Virus record (IMG/VR): IMGVR_UViG_3300044898_000031
Span: 1-64,000 of that record
Direction: 5' to 3' (one strand)
Source of the DNA: a virus
Taxonomy: Duplodnaviria > Caudoviricetes
Length of the DNA: 64,000 nt
The notes beneath the pieces were generated by a model. It was not told the DNA's origin and ran no database searches. It saw only the letters and a list, made by a program, of their open reading frames with translations. The stretch's first letter is position 1, and each line of letters begins with the position of its first letter. A program made the translations under genes and the position numbers. Shown here piece by piece: positions 17,900 to 26,454 of this stretch.

Positions 17900-18067
17900 A
17901 TGATAGAAGAAGCTAAATATAAAATTGTGAGGCAAGCGGATGGTAAAGTTATCAAATCACACAATTTACAAGCACTTGCACGCTATTTTGATTGCGGTAT
18001 AATGTATATTAAACTTCATTTAGATAAACCGGTTCAATTAAACGGTTGGGAAGTAAAATCGATATAA
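17900..18067 (+). CDS. Small hypothetical protein (55 aa)
   Basis: MIEEAKYKIVRQADGKVIKSHNLQALARYF... Confidence 0.5.
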   Translation: MIEEAKYKIVRQADGKVIKSHNLQALARYFDCGIMYIKLHLDKPVQLNGWEVKSI

Positions 18068-18084
18068 CAGATAATTATAAGATT

Positions 18085-18276
18085 ATGAGAAAGAATATTG
18101 ACATATCAGAATCAGCGGTAAAAGTATTAGATACTTTGGCAGTGGCTGATAACAGGCCAACAAAGAACTATATAGAAACTCAAATAGAGTTCTTATGTAA
18201 GAAAAATATAAATGCTATTGACCTCTGGAATCAGTGTGAAGCAGTTACTAAACAGTTACAACAATTAAGTAAATAA
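18085..18276 (+). CDS. Ribbon-helix-helix-like regulator
   Basis: MRKNIDISESAVKVLDTLAVADNRPTKNYIE. Confidence 0.6.
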   Translation: MRKNIDISESAVKVLDTLAVADNRPTKNYIETQIEFLCKKNINAIDLWNQCEAVTKQLQQLSK

Positions 18277-18280
18277 GATT

Positions 18281-18586
18281 ATGAAAACGTTAGAGCCTTC
18301 ATTAGCTGCACTGTCACTAATTAAACAAGCTGAAATAATAAATGCTAATCTTGACAGGCTGCACGATATTATCAATAAGGCGGAACGCGGAGCAATGGGG
18401 TTAACCTTAGATAGTTCTAAAACCCCTGAATGGAGTAAAGCTAAGCATGAATACGACATGATGTTTAGCCGGTTACGTGCAGTTAACAGCCAGTTGAATA
18501 AACTACGTAAATGCGTAGGTTATGAGGCTGTGAACGGCAAGAGGGTAGCAATCTATCAATACAAAGATAATCAATTAACCAAATAA
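18281..18586 (+). CDS. Hypothetical protein
   Basis: ORF in early cluster. Confidence 0.6.
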   Translation: MKTLEPSLAALSLIKQAEIINANLDRLHDIINKAERGAMGLTLDSSKTPEWSKAKHEYDMMFSRLRAVNSQLNKLRKCVGYEAVNGKRVAIYQYKDNQLTK

Positions 18587-18611
18587 GTATCACCAATAAT
18601 CAAAAACTATC

Positions 18612-18956
18612 ATGTCTATTAAATTATTAACACCGAACCAACACGATGAATTATTAAACCTTTATCGATTATTCCCTGAACTCACTTTAGAGAATAAAGG
18701 GTACGAGGGTATAAACAGATGCGATTTTACACAAGAAGCAAAAGACGCTGATAAAAAAGTCAACAGTATTTTAAAAAATAGTATCAGTGGCTTTAGTTCT
18801 TTTCAAAATTTCTGTCATAGCAAAGCGGGTGAAATATGTTTAAGGTTTCAATATAACTATAGTTACGATACAAATGATCTGCCATTTACAGGAGTAGGAT
18901 ATATTCTTTTGGATGAACTATTGAACGGCTTTAGTGACAAAACCCAAAAAAGCTAA
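18612..18956 (+). CDS. Hypothetical protein
   Basis: ORF in early cluster. Confidence 0.6.
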   Translation: MSIKLLTPNQHDELLNLYRLFPELTLENKGYEGINRCDFTQEAKDADKKVNSILKNSISGFSSFQNFCHSKAGEICLRFQYNYSYDTNDLPFTGVGYILLDELLNGFSDKTQKS

Positions 18957-19078
18957 TCACAAAAATACTCCTGTTTCCTGATCGTTCAGGAGCACACCAC
19001 CCGGCTGACTGTATTTATTTACGGGGTGCGCTTTTGAGGTGAGAAATGTTTAATAAATAACAAATTAAAAACGTAAAG

Positions 19079-19297
19079 ATGAATTTTAACACAGCACAAG
19101 AAGCGCAAACATTATTTGAATTGGCTTTTGGACGCTTACTAAGAATAGGGTCACGCCCGGCACAAGATGGAGATGTAGTAGAATATGAGCATTGTAAATG
19201 GGTTTGTTATAATGCTGCTGAATATTTAGGTATTCAAACAGAATATTCTAGGCCGCATGATTTTGTAAGAGATTATTATAAGATTCACCATGACTAA
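19079..19297 (+). CDS. Hypothetical protein
   Basis: ORF in early cluster. Confidence 0.55.
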   Translation: MNFNTAQEAQTLFELAFGRLLRIGSRPAQDGDVVEYEHCKWVCYNAAEYLGIQTEYSRPHDFVRDYYKIHHD

Positions 19298-19537
19298 CGA
19301 AGAAAAGATGCAGATATTAAAAGATAATAATATAGAGTATCAATTTAATCCCCAAGGTAATTTAATGGCGCTATGTAAAATTAGCGTTTTTACTGAAGAG
19401 GAATGGTTTTTAGCAGACGATGTAATTAAGCTACTCTGATTTTCTTTGATAACGTTTCAGCGCAACGCTCCAAAGGCTTGCGCTTTTGGAGGTGCAAGGC
19501 AATAGTGCCGAAGCATAACAAAACGATCACAATTAAC

Positions 19538-19813
19538 ATGAATAAGCAAAACAGAAAAGATTTAACCGAAGCCGTTGAATTTTTAGAAAAAGCAAAGGAA
19601 CTAATAGCCAGGGCAAAAGAACGTGTTGAGCAAACCGGAAACGAGGAACAAGAAAAATACGACAATGCAAGTGAAGGTCAGCAAAGCAGGGATAAGTTCC
19701 AGCAAATGGAAGAAAACGCTTCTTCTTTGGAAGATATTTCAGGGTATTTAGATGAAGCTGAAACATCTATTGATGACCAAATAAACGCAATTCAAGATAT
19801 TATCAACCAATAA
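19538..19813 (+). CDS. Acidic coiled-coil phage protein (start revised)
   Basis: MNKQNRKDL...EEQEKYDNASEG, a common phage family. Confidence 0.65.
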   Translation: MNKQNRKDLTEAVEFLEKAKELIARAKERVEQTGNEEQEKYDNASEGQQSRDKFQQMEENASSLEDISGYLDEAETSIDDQINAIQDIINQ

Positions 19814-19953
19814 ACCCTTAAGATCATGAACTTTATTCAATTTTCAATAGGCTTAGTACTCATAGTGGGTTTAGGCTTATTAGCTATCAATGTAAACTGG
19901 GCTAATCAATGTCAGGATTTATTTAACTTGTTTAAAGGTAAGGAGAAAGTAAA

Positions 19954-20286
19954 ATGAACCTAAAAGACGAAACCCTTAAACATATTGGCAATAAGTCAAT
20001 AAAATGTATTTATATATTTTATTGCTATTTTAGGATCGACCACGATAGTGATGTTGAGCAATTTATATTGCCAGTTAATCACACAAATGAACAAGCAAAT
20101 GATTTTATAGCGTCTTTGGATTTTAATTATGATAATGGTTATGGTTCTCAGCGCTACGATGGCACTATATGGTATAAAGACGGATCCTGGTCAGAGCGAA
20201 CCGAATATGATGGCTCCGAATGGTGGGCATATAGAACATGCCCCGAAATACCTAAAGAATTAAAAGGAGAACACCATGCCATTTAA
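19954..20286 (+). CDS. Hypothetical phage protein
   Basis: YDNGYGSQ...GTIWYKDGSWSERTEYDGSEWW motif. Confidence 0.7.
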   Translation: MNLKDETLKHIGNKSIKCIYIFYCYFRIDHDSDVEQFILPVNHTNEQANDFIASLDFNYDNGYGSQRYDGTIWYKDGSWSERTEYDGSEWWAYRTCPEIPKELKGEHHAI

Positions 20287-20461
20287 ACCGTACACCCCTG
20301 AACAGGTCTTTGATTTACTCGGCAGCGTAACATGTGAAACCGATGTAATAGAAATAGAGCATTATGTAAAATCACACTGGCAGTATTATACGCCTTTAGA
20401 TGTGCGCCTTTTCTTACAGAGTATTAGAATGATTAATCAATATTTAAATAAAAAGACATGA
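20276..20461 (+). CDS. Hypothetical protein
   Basis: Overlap-coupled. Confidence 0.55.
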   Translation: MPFKPYTPEQVFDLLGSVTCETDVIEIEHYVKSHWQYYTPLDVRLFLQSIRMINQYLNKKT

Positions 20462-20700
20462 AAACTATTAGCGATTTAGATAAGCAATCTTTAAGAAATT
20501 ATGTTAAACTGATTAACGAAGATCAGGGAAAGGTTAAAATAAAAATATCATTCAATATATCAAGTGTTGATGACTGCGAATACTTAATGTTCAATGTAAA
20601 CGGTAAGAACATAATTCGTTTTACATTAGATGAAGCAATAAGTTTCTTAGATGGCTTAATGACGGCTTTAGATGCTTGTTTTTTAGATCAAATTAGCTAA
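20458..20700 (+). CDS. Hypothetical protein
   Basis: ATGA coupling. Confidence 0.55.
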   Translation: MKTISDLDKQSLRNYVKLINEDQGKVKIKISFNISSVDDCEYLMFNVNGKNIIRFTLDEAISFLDGLMTALDACFLDQIS

Positions 20701-20761
20701 CCAAACCACTAATTTCAAAGAACTGATACATAAATATAACTAATTAAAACCAAAAATTACC

Positions 20762-20959
20762 ATGAAAAAAGCAAATATATTGGGCATATTAGCCTCAACT
20801 GCAATGTTAGGAATGCCAACAAGGCTACCGGAAAGTAGACGCAGAAATTACCCATTACAAGGCAATCAAGGGTGGGGACATTACCACGAGCCAAAGGTAA
20901 AAAAATGGAGAGCGAAGGAACGAAGAGCAAAACAAGCACGTAAAATTAACTGGAATTAA
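20762..20959 (+). CDS. Small basic protein
   Basis: A-rich initiation region; K/R-rich C-terminus. Confidence 0.55.
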   Translation: MKKANILGILASTAMLGMPTRLPESRRRNYPLQGNQGWGHYHEPKVKKWRAKERRAKQARKINWN

Positions 20960-20984
20960 AAACAAACCAAAAATTACCACAAAC

Positions 20985-21366
20985 ATGAAAAAATTACTAC
21001 TCCTGCCATCCCTGTTATTTGTTTTAACAGCTTCGGCACAAACAGCACAATACAAACGTATTGAAACAACTCATTTTAAAGGGGATAAATTGTCTTCTAA
21101 AGTTATCAATTACAAATCTGGAAATATTTCGATGGGAGACAGTTTTATCAATATCGAAGGATTAAAGAGTTTTACAATTGTTTCTAAGGGTCAAACGGAG
21201 GCCGAGGATGAAGGATATTATTCACGGACATTATTTGATCACTGAGACGACCAAAGGCTCGCTAAAGGCTTTAAAACCCGTTCTTTTTTGGTCGCCTAAA
21301 AATAAACTAGTAGATGTAGTGGTAAAGGACGGCCACCGAAATATTGATTATTGTTTAACCAATTAA
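20985..21366 (+). pseudogene. Signal-peptide protein split by an apparent 1-nt insertion
   Basis: MKKLLLLPSLLFVLTASA|Q; removing a T at ~21231 fuses ...YYSRT with YLITETTK... Confidence 0.55.
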
Positions 21367-21375
21367 AAATAAACC

Positions 21376-21654
21376 ATGCATATATCTGACCCAACTATGC
21401 TAATTGTGGAGTTTATTAAAAAATTAACAAATCTTACACCATACGAAAAAGATGATGGTGATAAATACACCTTGTTGTTAGGGTATTTCAATCCACTGGA
21501 AATAGGTTTTTACAGACATAAACACCCTAATATGAATGACGAAAATATGAAAATGTCTGCTCACCTCCGGTTATTGCATGAGGTGTCTGTATTTATTACC
21601 AATTGGGACGAGTGGTGCACATGGCTTGAAATGGAAGAATCTAACAATAATTAA
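21376..21654 (+). CDS. Hypothetical protein
   Basis: ORF. Confidence 0.5.
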   Translation: MHISDPTMLIVEFIKKLTNLTPYEKDDGDKYTLLLGYFNPLEIGFYRHKHPNMNDENMKMSAHLRLLHEVSVFITNWDEWCTWLEMEESNNN

Positions 21655-21758
21655 AGTAAAATTATGAAAAACCCCTACGAAAATATGCCACCGGATCAGC
21701 ACTATACACTGGTCATTATTATATTATTTATTATTTTAGGACTTTTAAGCAGTATGTT

Positions 21759-22172
21759 ATGAAAAACGAAATATATAAAGGCCAAATCTATGTAACTAAA
21801 AGCTCTTGTACATTCTGCCCAAGTATGAAACCATGGGAAATTATAGAACTATACGAAACAGAACCCAAAGAGTTTTATGATGCGGTCGAAATGGAGCGTA
21901 ATGCAAAAGGAAACTTAAATACTATAAAGGGGCTTGGCCGGGACTTTTCTTGGTGGGATTTAATTGTAGCTTATAGGTATCTTAAATTTGTTCAAAGAGC
22001 CAATATTATTGGTCTTTATATTCCACTTAAAATTTCGAAATTAATGAATAAGGTAAATAATAGTAGACCTATTGATTATGAAAAATTATCAAGGGATAGA
22101 AATAATCCTACTCAACAAGTGTGCGATTTATTTAAACAAAATATAGAAATGCCATGCGACTGCATGAATTAA
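21759..22172 (+). CDS. C-terminal fragment resembling phage PAPS-reductase-like proteins
   Basis: KSSCTFCP...ERNA...KGLGRDFSW; no N-terminal nucleotide-binding domain. Confidence 0.4.
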   Translation: MKNEIYKGQIYVTKSSCTFCPSMKPWEIIELYETEPKEFYDAVEMERNAKGNLNTIKGLGRDFSWWDLIVAYRYLKFVQRANIIGLYIPLKISKLMNKVNNSRPIDYEKLSRDRNNPTQQVCDLFKQNIEMPCDCMN

Positions 22173-22354
22173 TAATTTAAACCATGAAAAAGAAATATAT
22201 ATTATCATACACTTTTCTAAATGTAGACTGCATTTTAGAATTTACTAACCTGTTTGACTTTTCGGCTAAATTAGAATGGTGTCAGGAACAAGCCGAAATA
22301 CTACAGCATACTATTGATTTTAGAACTGAGTAAAAATAAATTATTAAAAATTAT

Positions 22355-22384
22355 TTTGATATTAAAAAAATAACATTATATTTG
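22355..22384 (+). promoter_or_regulatory. Promoter
   Basis: TTTG-N18-TATATTTG. Confidence 0.7.
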
Positions 22385-22535
22385 AGTTCTTAAATAAAGA
22401 TTTAAATAGCAAAAACAAATCTACACAATTAAAACAAGGGGAGGCAACATGAGAAAGTATTAAATTAAATCAAAATCAGATAAAAAACAAAGGCGATTCA
22501 TTGAAGTCGCCTTTGGCGGTAGAAAACATTTGATA

Positions 22536-22691
22536 ATGAGCAAAAGCGATATTAAATCATTCCCAGTTTATCTACCAATAGATAAATTTAATAAATTAGA
22601 TGAACTGGCTAAAAAAAAGCGAATCCCAAGAACCCGATTAGTAGAGGCTGAAATAGATAAGCTTTTGGCACGAGAAGAGAAAAGTAAATAA
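22536..22691 (+). CDS. Ribbon-helix-helix regulator (51 aa, not in track)
   Basis: MSKSDIKSFPVYLPIDKFNKLDELAKKKRIPRTRLVEAEIDKLL. Confidence 0.7.
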   Translation: MSKSDIKSFPVYLPIDKFNKLDELAKKKRIPRTRLVEAEIDKLLAREEKSK

Positions 22692-22721
22692 CAAACAAAT
22701 AAACCACAAAATTACCACACA

Positions 22722-22934
22722 ATGAAAACTTTAACCAATCAGCCACTACTCAACGACCAATTGAGCAGGGTATTTAATCACGCCATTTTAGTTGGAGCAG
22801 GATTAAAAACAGAAGATGCTTTTAATATAAGCTTTAACAGCCCCCTATCTCTTTGTTGTGGGATGCCATTAGATCGTGAGGGATCATACGAATTTTGTAG
22901 TTATTGCATGGAGTTTCATAATAGTGAACTATAA
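22722..22934 (+). CDS. Hypothetical Zn-finger protein
   Basis: CCG...CSYC. Confidence 0.55.
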   Translation: MKTLTNQPLLNDQLSRVFNHAILVGAGLKTEDAFNISFNSPLSLCCGMPLDREGSYEFCSYCMEFHNSEL

Positions 22935-23143
22935 TGGAATACGGCGAAATAAATTGTCCTTTATGTGGATGGGAAGCGCCACCTTTTGAAGGAAAGTATT
23001 ATACTGTAAATAAGAAAAAATATCCTGTATTTTTAAATGAACATAAGTACTATAACGGTTCATTTGATATGCATGATTGGGACGAAAGGCATTGTTGCCC
23101 CAAATGTAAAAAAGAATTTGAATTTTCAAACGGATCGGTATAA
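22934..23143 (+). CDS. Hypothetical Zn-finger protein
   Basis: CPLC...CPKC. Confidence 0.55.
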   Translation: MEYGEINCPLCGWEAPPFEGKYYTVNKKKYPVFLNEHKYYNGSFDMHDWDERHCCPKCKKEFEFSNGSV

Positions 23144-23379
23144 TGATAACACAACAACAATACGATGAAGCTATCGACAAAAGGTTAACAGCCATCATAG
23201 ATATTGAACAGCTAAAAGCAGAAATAGAAGTATTGGATGCAATAATAAACGAATTTGAGAAACAAGAAGAACCATTTTAACTAATGTACATGGGATGATT
23301 GTAGCTAAGAATTTAAAGCTAAAGTTGCAAAACAACATAATAATCCACAAGTAGAAGATAAAAAAAATAGGGAACTATT

Positions 23380-23562
23380 ATGAACCAGCTTGACAGGCAC
23401 GTTTTTAACGCGTATCACCCAAAAAAGCAATGGCCTAACTGGAAGTATGTCATAGTAGAACAGTATGGCAAGGAAGTCTACAGGGCATCTTCCCCGGCTT
23501 TTTGCCATAAGTTTATAAAAGAAAATGCTCTTAAAAATGCAATAGTGAAATTCGTCAGATAA
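23380..23562 (+). CDS. Hypothetical protein
   Basis: ORF. Confidence 0.5.
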   Translation: MNQLDRHVFNAYHPKKQWPNWKYVIVEQYGKEVYRASSPAFCHKFIKENALKNAIVKFVR

Positions 23563-23588
23563 AAAACCAAAATTAAAAAATCAAATAA

Positions 23589-23888
23589 ATGGAAACAGAA
23601 AAATTCAGCATTATCAGAACACATTCCGCAGGTGTATGGTTCGGCAACATTAAAAAATTAGATGGCAGTATAGCCATTGTTACCAATGCCAGAAGATTGT
23701 GGTATTGGTCAGGTGCAGCTTCTTTGAGCCAGTTAGCCGTTGAAGGCACAAAAAGGCCACGTGATTGCAAATTCACCGTAACTATAATAGACGAAGATGG
23801 CGTTTATCTGCCACAAGTTATCGAAGTATTACCATGCACTAAAGAAGCTATTGAAAATATAAATTCAGTACCTGTATGGAAGATTTAA
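23589..23888 (+). CDS. DUF6948-like phage protein
   Basis: IIRTHSAGVWFG...ARRLWYWSGAASLSQLAVEG. Confidence 0.7.
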   Translation: METEKFSIIRTHSAGVWFGNIKKLDGSIAIVTNARRLWYWSGAASLSQLAVEGTKRPRDCKFTVTIIDEDGVYLPQVIEVLPCTKEAIENINSVPVWKI

Positions 23889-24583
23889 TTAAAGCATTTA
23901 TGGCAATAGAGCAGGTAAGCGATGGCTCTGGCGATGGCTATGGCTCTGGCGATGGCTCTGGCTCTGGCGATGGCTCTGGCGATGGCTCTGGCGATGGCTC
24001 TGGCGATGGCTCTGGCGATGGCTCTGGCGATGGCTCTGGCGATGGCTCTGGCGATGGCTCTGGCGAAATTAAACAAATCACTTATGCTGACTATAAAAAA
24101 GGCTTTTTAGATAAGCAGATACATTCACTAAAGTCATTCAGCGGCAAACCTGTCTATTATATCGACAACATCCCTTGTACGTTTTTATCAATTGTGAATA
24201 ACGTGGCTAAAGTATCTGTCATTAAAGATGACTTCACTACCGAAAAGATGTACATCGCTAAGTCGGGTAATCTCTTTGCGCATGGCGATACAAAAGAACA
24301 GGCATTACAATCTGTAAATGATAAATATTTTGCCTCACTATCTTTTGCTGAAAATAAAGCGGAATTTATTAAACTTTTCAAAAAAGAAGAAAAGTATAGC
24401 AATCAATTATTTTTTGAATGGCATTATCTTTTAACAGGAAGCTGTAAAAGTGGTCGGTTGATGTTTGTGAAAAGTCACGATATTGATCTGAATGGCAAGA
24501 TGACCACTTTTGAGTTTTTAAATCTGACCAAATCGGAATACAATGGTGAGATCATAAGGGAAATTATAAGTGGATTATCATGA
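23876..24583 (+). CDS. GDGS-repeat phage protein
   Basis: (GDGS)n N-terminus; AHGDT, WHYLLTGSC motifs. Confidence 0.75.
   Translation: MEDLIKAFMAIEQVSDGSGDGYGSGDGSGSGDGSGDGSGDGSGDGSGDGSGDGSGDGSGDGSGEIKQITYADYKKGFLDKQIHSLKSFSGKPVYYIDNIPCTFLSIVNNVAKVSVIKDDFTTEKMYIAKSGNLFAHGDTKEQALQSVNDKYFASLSFAENKAEFIKLFKKEEKYSNQLFFEWHYLLTGSCKSGRLMFVKSHDIDLNGKMTTFEFLNLTKSEYNGEIIREIISGLS
23966..24061 (+). repeat. 8 perfect tandem copies of GGCGATGGCTCT (degenerate copies from ~23920)
   Basis: Direct reading of sequence. Confidence 0.95.
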
Positions 24584-24888
24584 ACCTTGAAATAACTATA
24601 GTAAGCTTTAAACAGACATCCGAAAGCGAGGAGGAATTATATTTTTGCTCTGACAGGCGAATTGAATCAGGGGATTATTATCTAAATAACGCACTACAAC
24701 CATTTATAAGAGTTCAGAGAGCATTTAAACCGGTAAGTGGGGAAAGATGTAAAAAGTTAGAAGCCTCTACGTGTAGGGCTTATAATGTGCCCGAAATACC
24801 ACTGTCATTTGTAAAGCAGTATTTTGCTTTGGAGAAAAAGGACAGGCCAGTGAAAACTTACTTTAGAATAGAAGAATTAACTAAATAA
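24580..24888 (+). CDS. Hypothetical protein
   Basis: ATGA coupling. Confidence 0.55.
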   Translation: MNLEITIVSFKQTSESEEELYFCSDRRIESGDYYLNNALQPFIRVQRAFKPVSGERCKKLEASTCRAYNVPEIPLSFVKQYFALEKKDRPVKTYFRIEELTK

Positions 24889-24900
24889 ATATAAACAAAA

Positions 24901-25455
24901 ATGAAAGATCAAGAAACGCTACGGAAAGAGCTATCTGCGCCGTTGCCTGCGGAGGCTGTAAAACCTCACCCCACTAAAACCTACCTATCGTCTATTAAGG
25001 CTATTTATGTTACCGAGCGGTTAAATACTGTATTTGGTATCGGTAAATGGACACTAAAGGTAGACAAGATAGAGCGAGCCGAAGGGGGTACGGTGGTTGT
25101 AAAGGCTACTTTAGAAATCCCCGAATACAGTATTTACCTTGAAAGCTACGGCGGGAACGATAATGGGGGGGAGAACAGCAAAAACTTCGACTTAGGGGAT
25201 GCTTATAAGGGTGCCACGACCGATGCAATCACAAAGATATGCTCATACCTTGAAATAGGAATAGATGTCTTTAAAGGGCTGAAAACACCACCTACGCCTA
25301 AAGCTGATAATCGGTTGCTATGGCTCAAGCCAAATACCGAGGCATGGACAAAAGCAATACCTTATCTTAAGGGTGGTGGAACAATTGCAGATATTAAAGA
25401 AAAATACAATTTAACCGAAGAAAACGAAAAAGAACTTTTAAAACAAGCGATATGA
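24901..25455 (+). CDS. Rad52/Sak-like ssDNA annealing protein
   Basis: LSAPLP...YVTERLNTVFGIGKW...DAYKGATTDAITKICSYLEIG. Confidence 0.75.
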   Translation: MKDQETLRKELSAPLPAEAVKPHPTKTYLSSIKAIYVTERLNTVFGIGKWTLKVDKIERAEGGTVVVKATLEIPEYSIYLESYGGNDNGGENSKNFDLGDAYKGATTDAITKICSYLEIGIDVFKGLKTPPTPKADNRLLWLKPNTEAWTKAIPYLKGGGTIADIKEKYNLTEENEKELLKQAI

Positions 25456-25721
25456 TTAATCTTGACATCTGTTTATCAGAAATCCCACAGGACGCAAGGC
25501 GTACAGGGAAAAACAATAAGGTCTACACTAATATAGTAGTAGATAAAATGAAACAAGTTGACCAATACGGGAATACACATACCGTTTATATGGCGCAAAC
25601 TAAAGAAGAAAGAGCCGCCAAAAAAGATAAGGTGTATATCGGTAAGGCAAAGGAGTTTATTTTCGAGAATAACACTGTTTCAAACGGGAATTACCCTCCC
25701 GAAGATAATTTGCCATTTTGA
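25452..25721 (+). CDS. Small SSB-like protein of Bacteroidota phages
   Basis: INLDICLSEI...DQYGNTHTV...YIGKAK; acidic EDNLPF tail; adjacent to annealase. Confidence 0.6.
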   Translation: MINLDICLSEIPQDARRTGKNNKVYTNIVVDKMKQVDQYGNTHTVYMAQTKEERAAKKDKVYIGKAKEFIFENNTVSNGNYPPEDNLPF

Positions 25722-25753
25722 TATTAATACTCAATTAATTAACTGATAACTCC

Positions 25754-25783
25754 AATAATCCCGGTTAAATAGCTGGGATTATT
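25754..25783 (+). terminator. Hairpin/terminator
   Basis: AATAATCCCGG...CTGGGATTATT then T's. Confidence 0.45.
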
Positions 25784-25799
25784 TTAAACACTTAAACCA

Positions 25800-26330
25800 A
25801 TGTCAGCATCAAAAAATGAATTTATGGCTCTAAGAGAACAGGAACAAAACGAAACTACCGGGACACAAACAGCGGTAATCTTAACTAAAAAAAGCATCCT
25901 ACACATGAGTAAATCTACTATTGAGGACTTGGCTAAAGCCGATGTTGCCTTAGTGGTTGACGGCCATGAAGATGTTGTAGAAGCAATGATATATGTTTCT
26001 AAAGGATTAGAATATTTTACCCTGCTTGATAAAAACCTGCGCCCCTACCTGTATGAAAAGCAGTTAGAAAAGCAGTCGCTTTACAGCATGAAGGTTGAAC
26101 CGGCACAATTAGGTACTAAGTATGATTATTCAGTTTGTCAGGATCACATACTTGATGAACTGAATGCCAAACTTGAAGAAGCTAAAAAAGCGGTCACAGA
26201 CAGGCAGAACTTTTTAAAGGCAATTAATGTATCAGCTAACCTTGTCGACGATGACACAGGAGAGATATATAAGGTCTATGCCCCTAATAAAACCGCAACG
26301 AGTGGTTATAAATTATCTTGGGATAAATAA
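25800..26330 (+). CDS. Conserved Bacteroidota phage protein
   Basis: GTKYDYSVC...RQNFLK motif. Confidence 0.65.
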   Translation: MSASKNEFMALREQEQNETTGTQTAVILTKKSILHMSKSTIEDLAKADVALVVDGHEDVVEAMIYVSKGLEYFTLLDKNLRPYLYEKQLEKQSLYSMKVEPAQLGTKYDYSVCQDHILDELNAKLEEAKKAVTDRQNFLKAINVSANLVDDDTGEIYKVYAPNKTATSGYKLSWDK

Positions 26331-26454
26331 ACGATACTGGTTAAGTAGTTCCATTCTAAAAACTACATAGTGATTAGGTTTAAGGTTTAGGAGAGTATCG
26401 GGGAGAGCAAGTCAATCCGGTACTTATTTAAAAACACTTTAAAAAAAACTGAAA

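Noticed and set aside
23920-24066. CRISPR array
   Set aside because: Contiguous 12-bp tandem units with no spacers, in frame within a CDS
23885-24110. ORFs 23885-24076 (-, ARAI repeats) and 23922-24110 (+, MALA repeats)
   Set aside because: Alternative-frame shadows of the GDGS microsatellite
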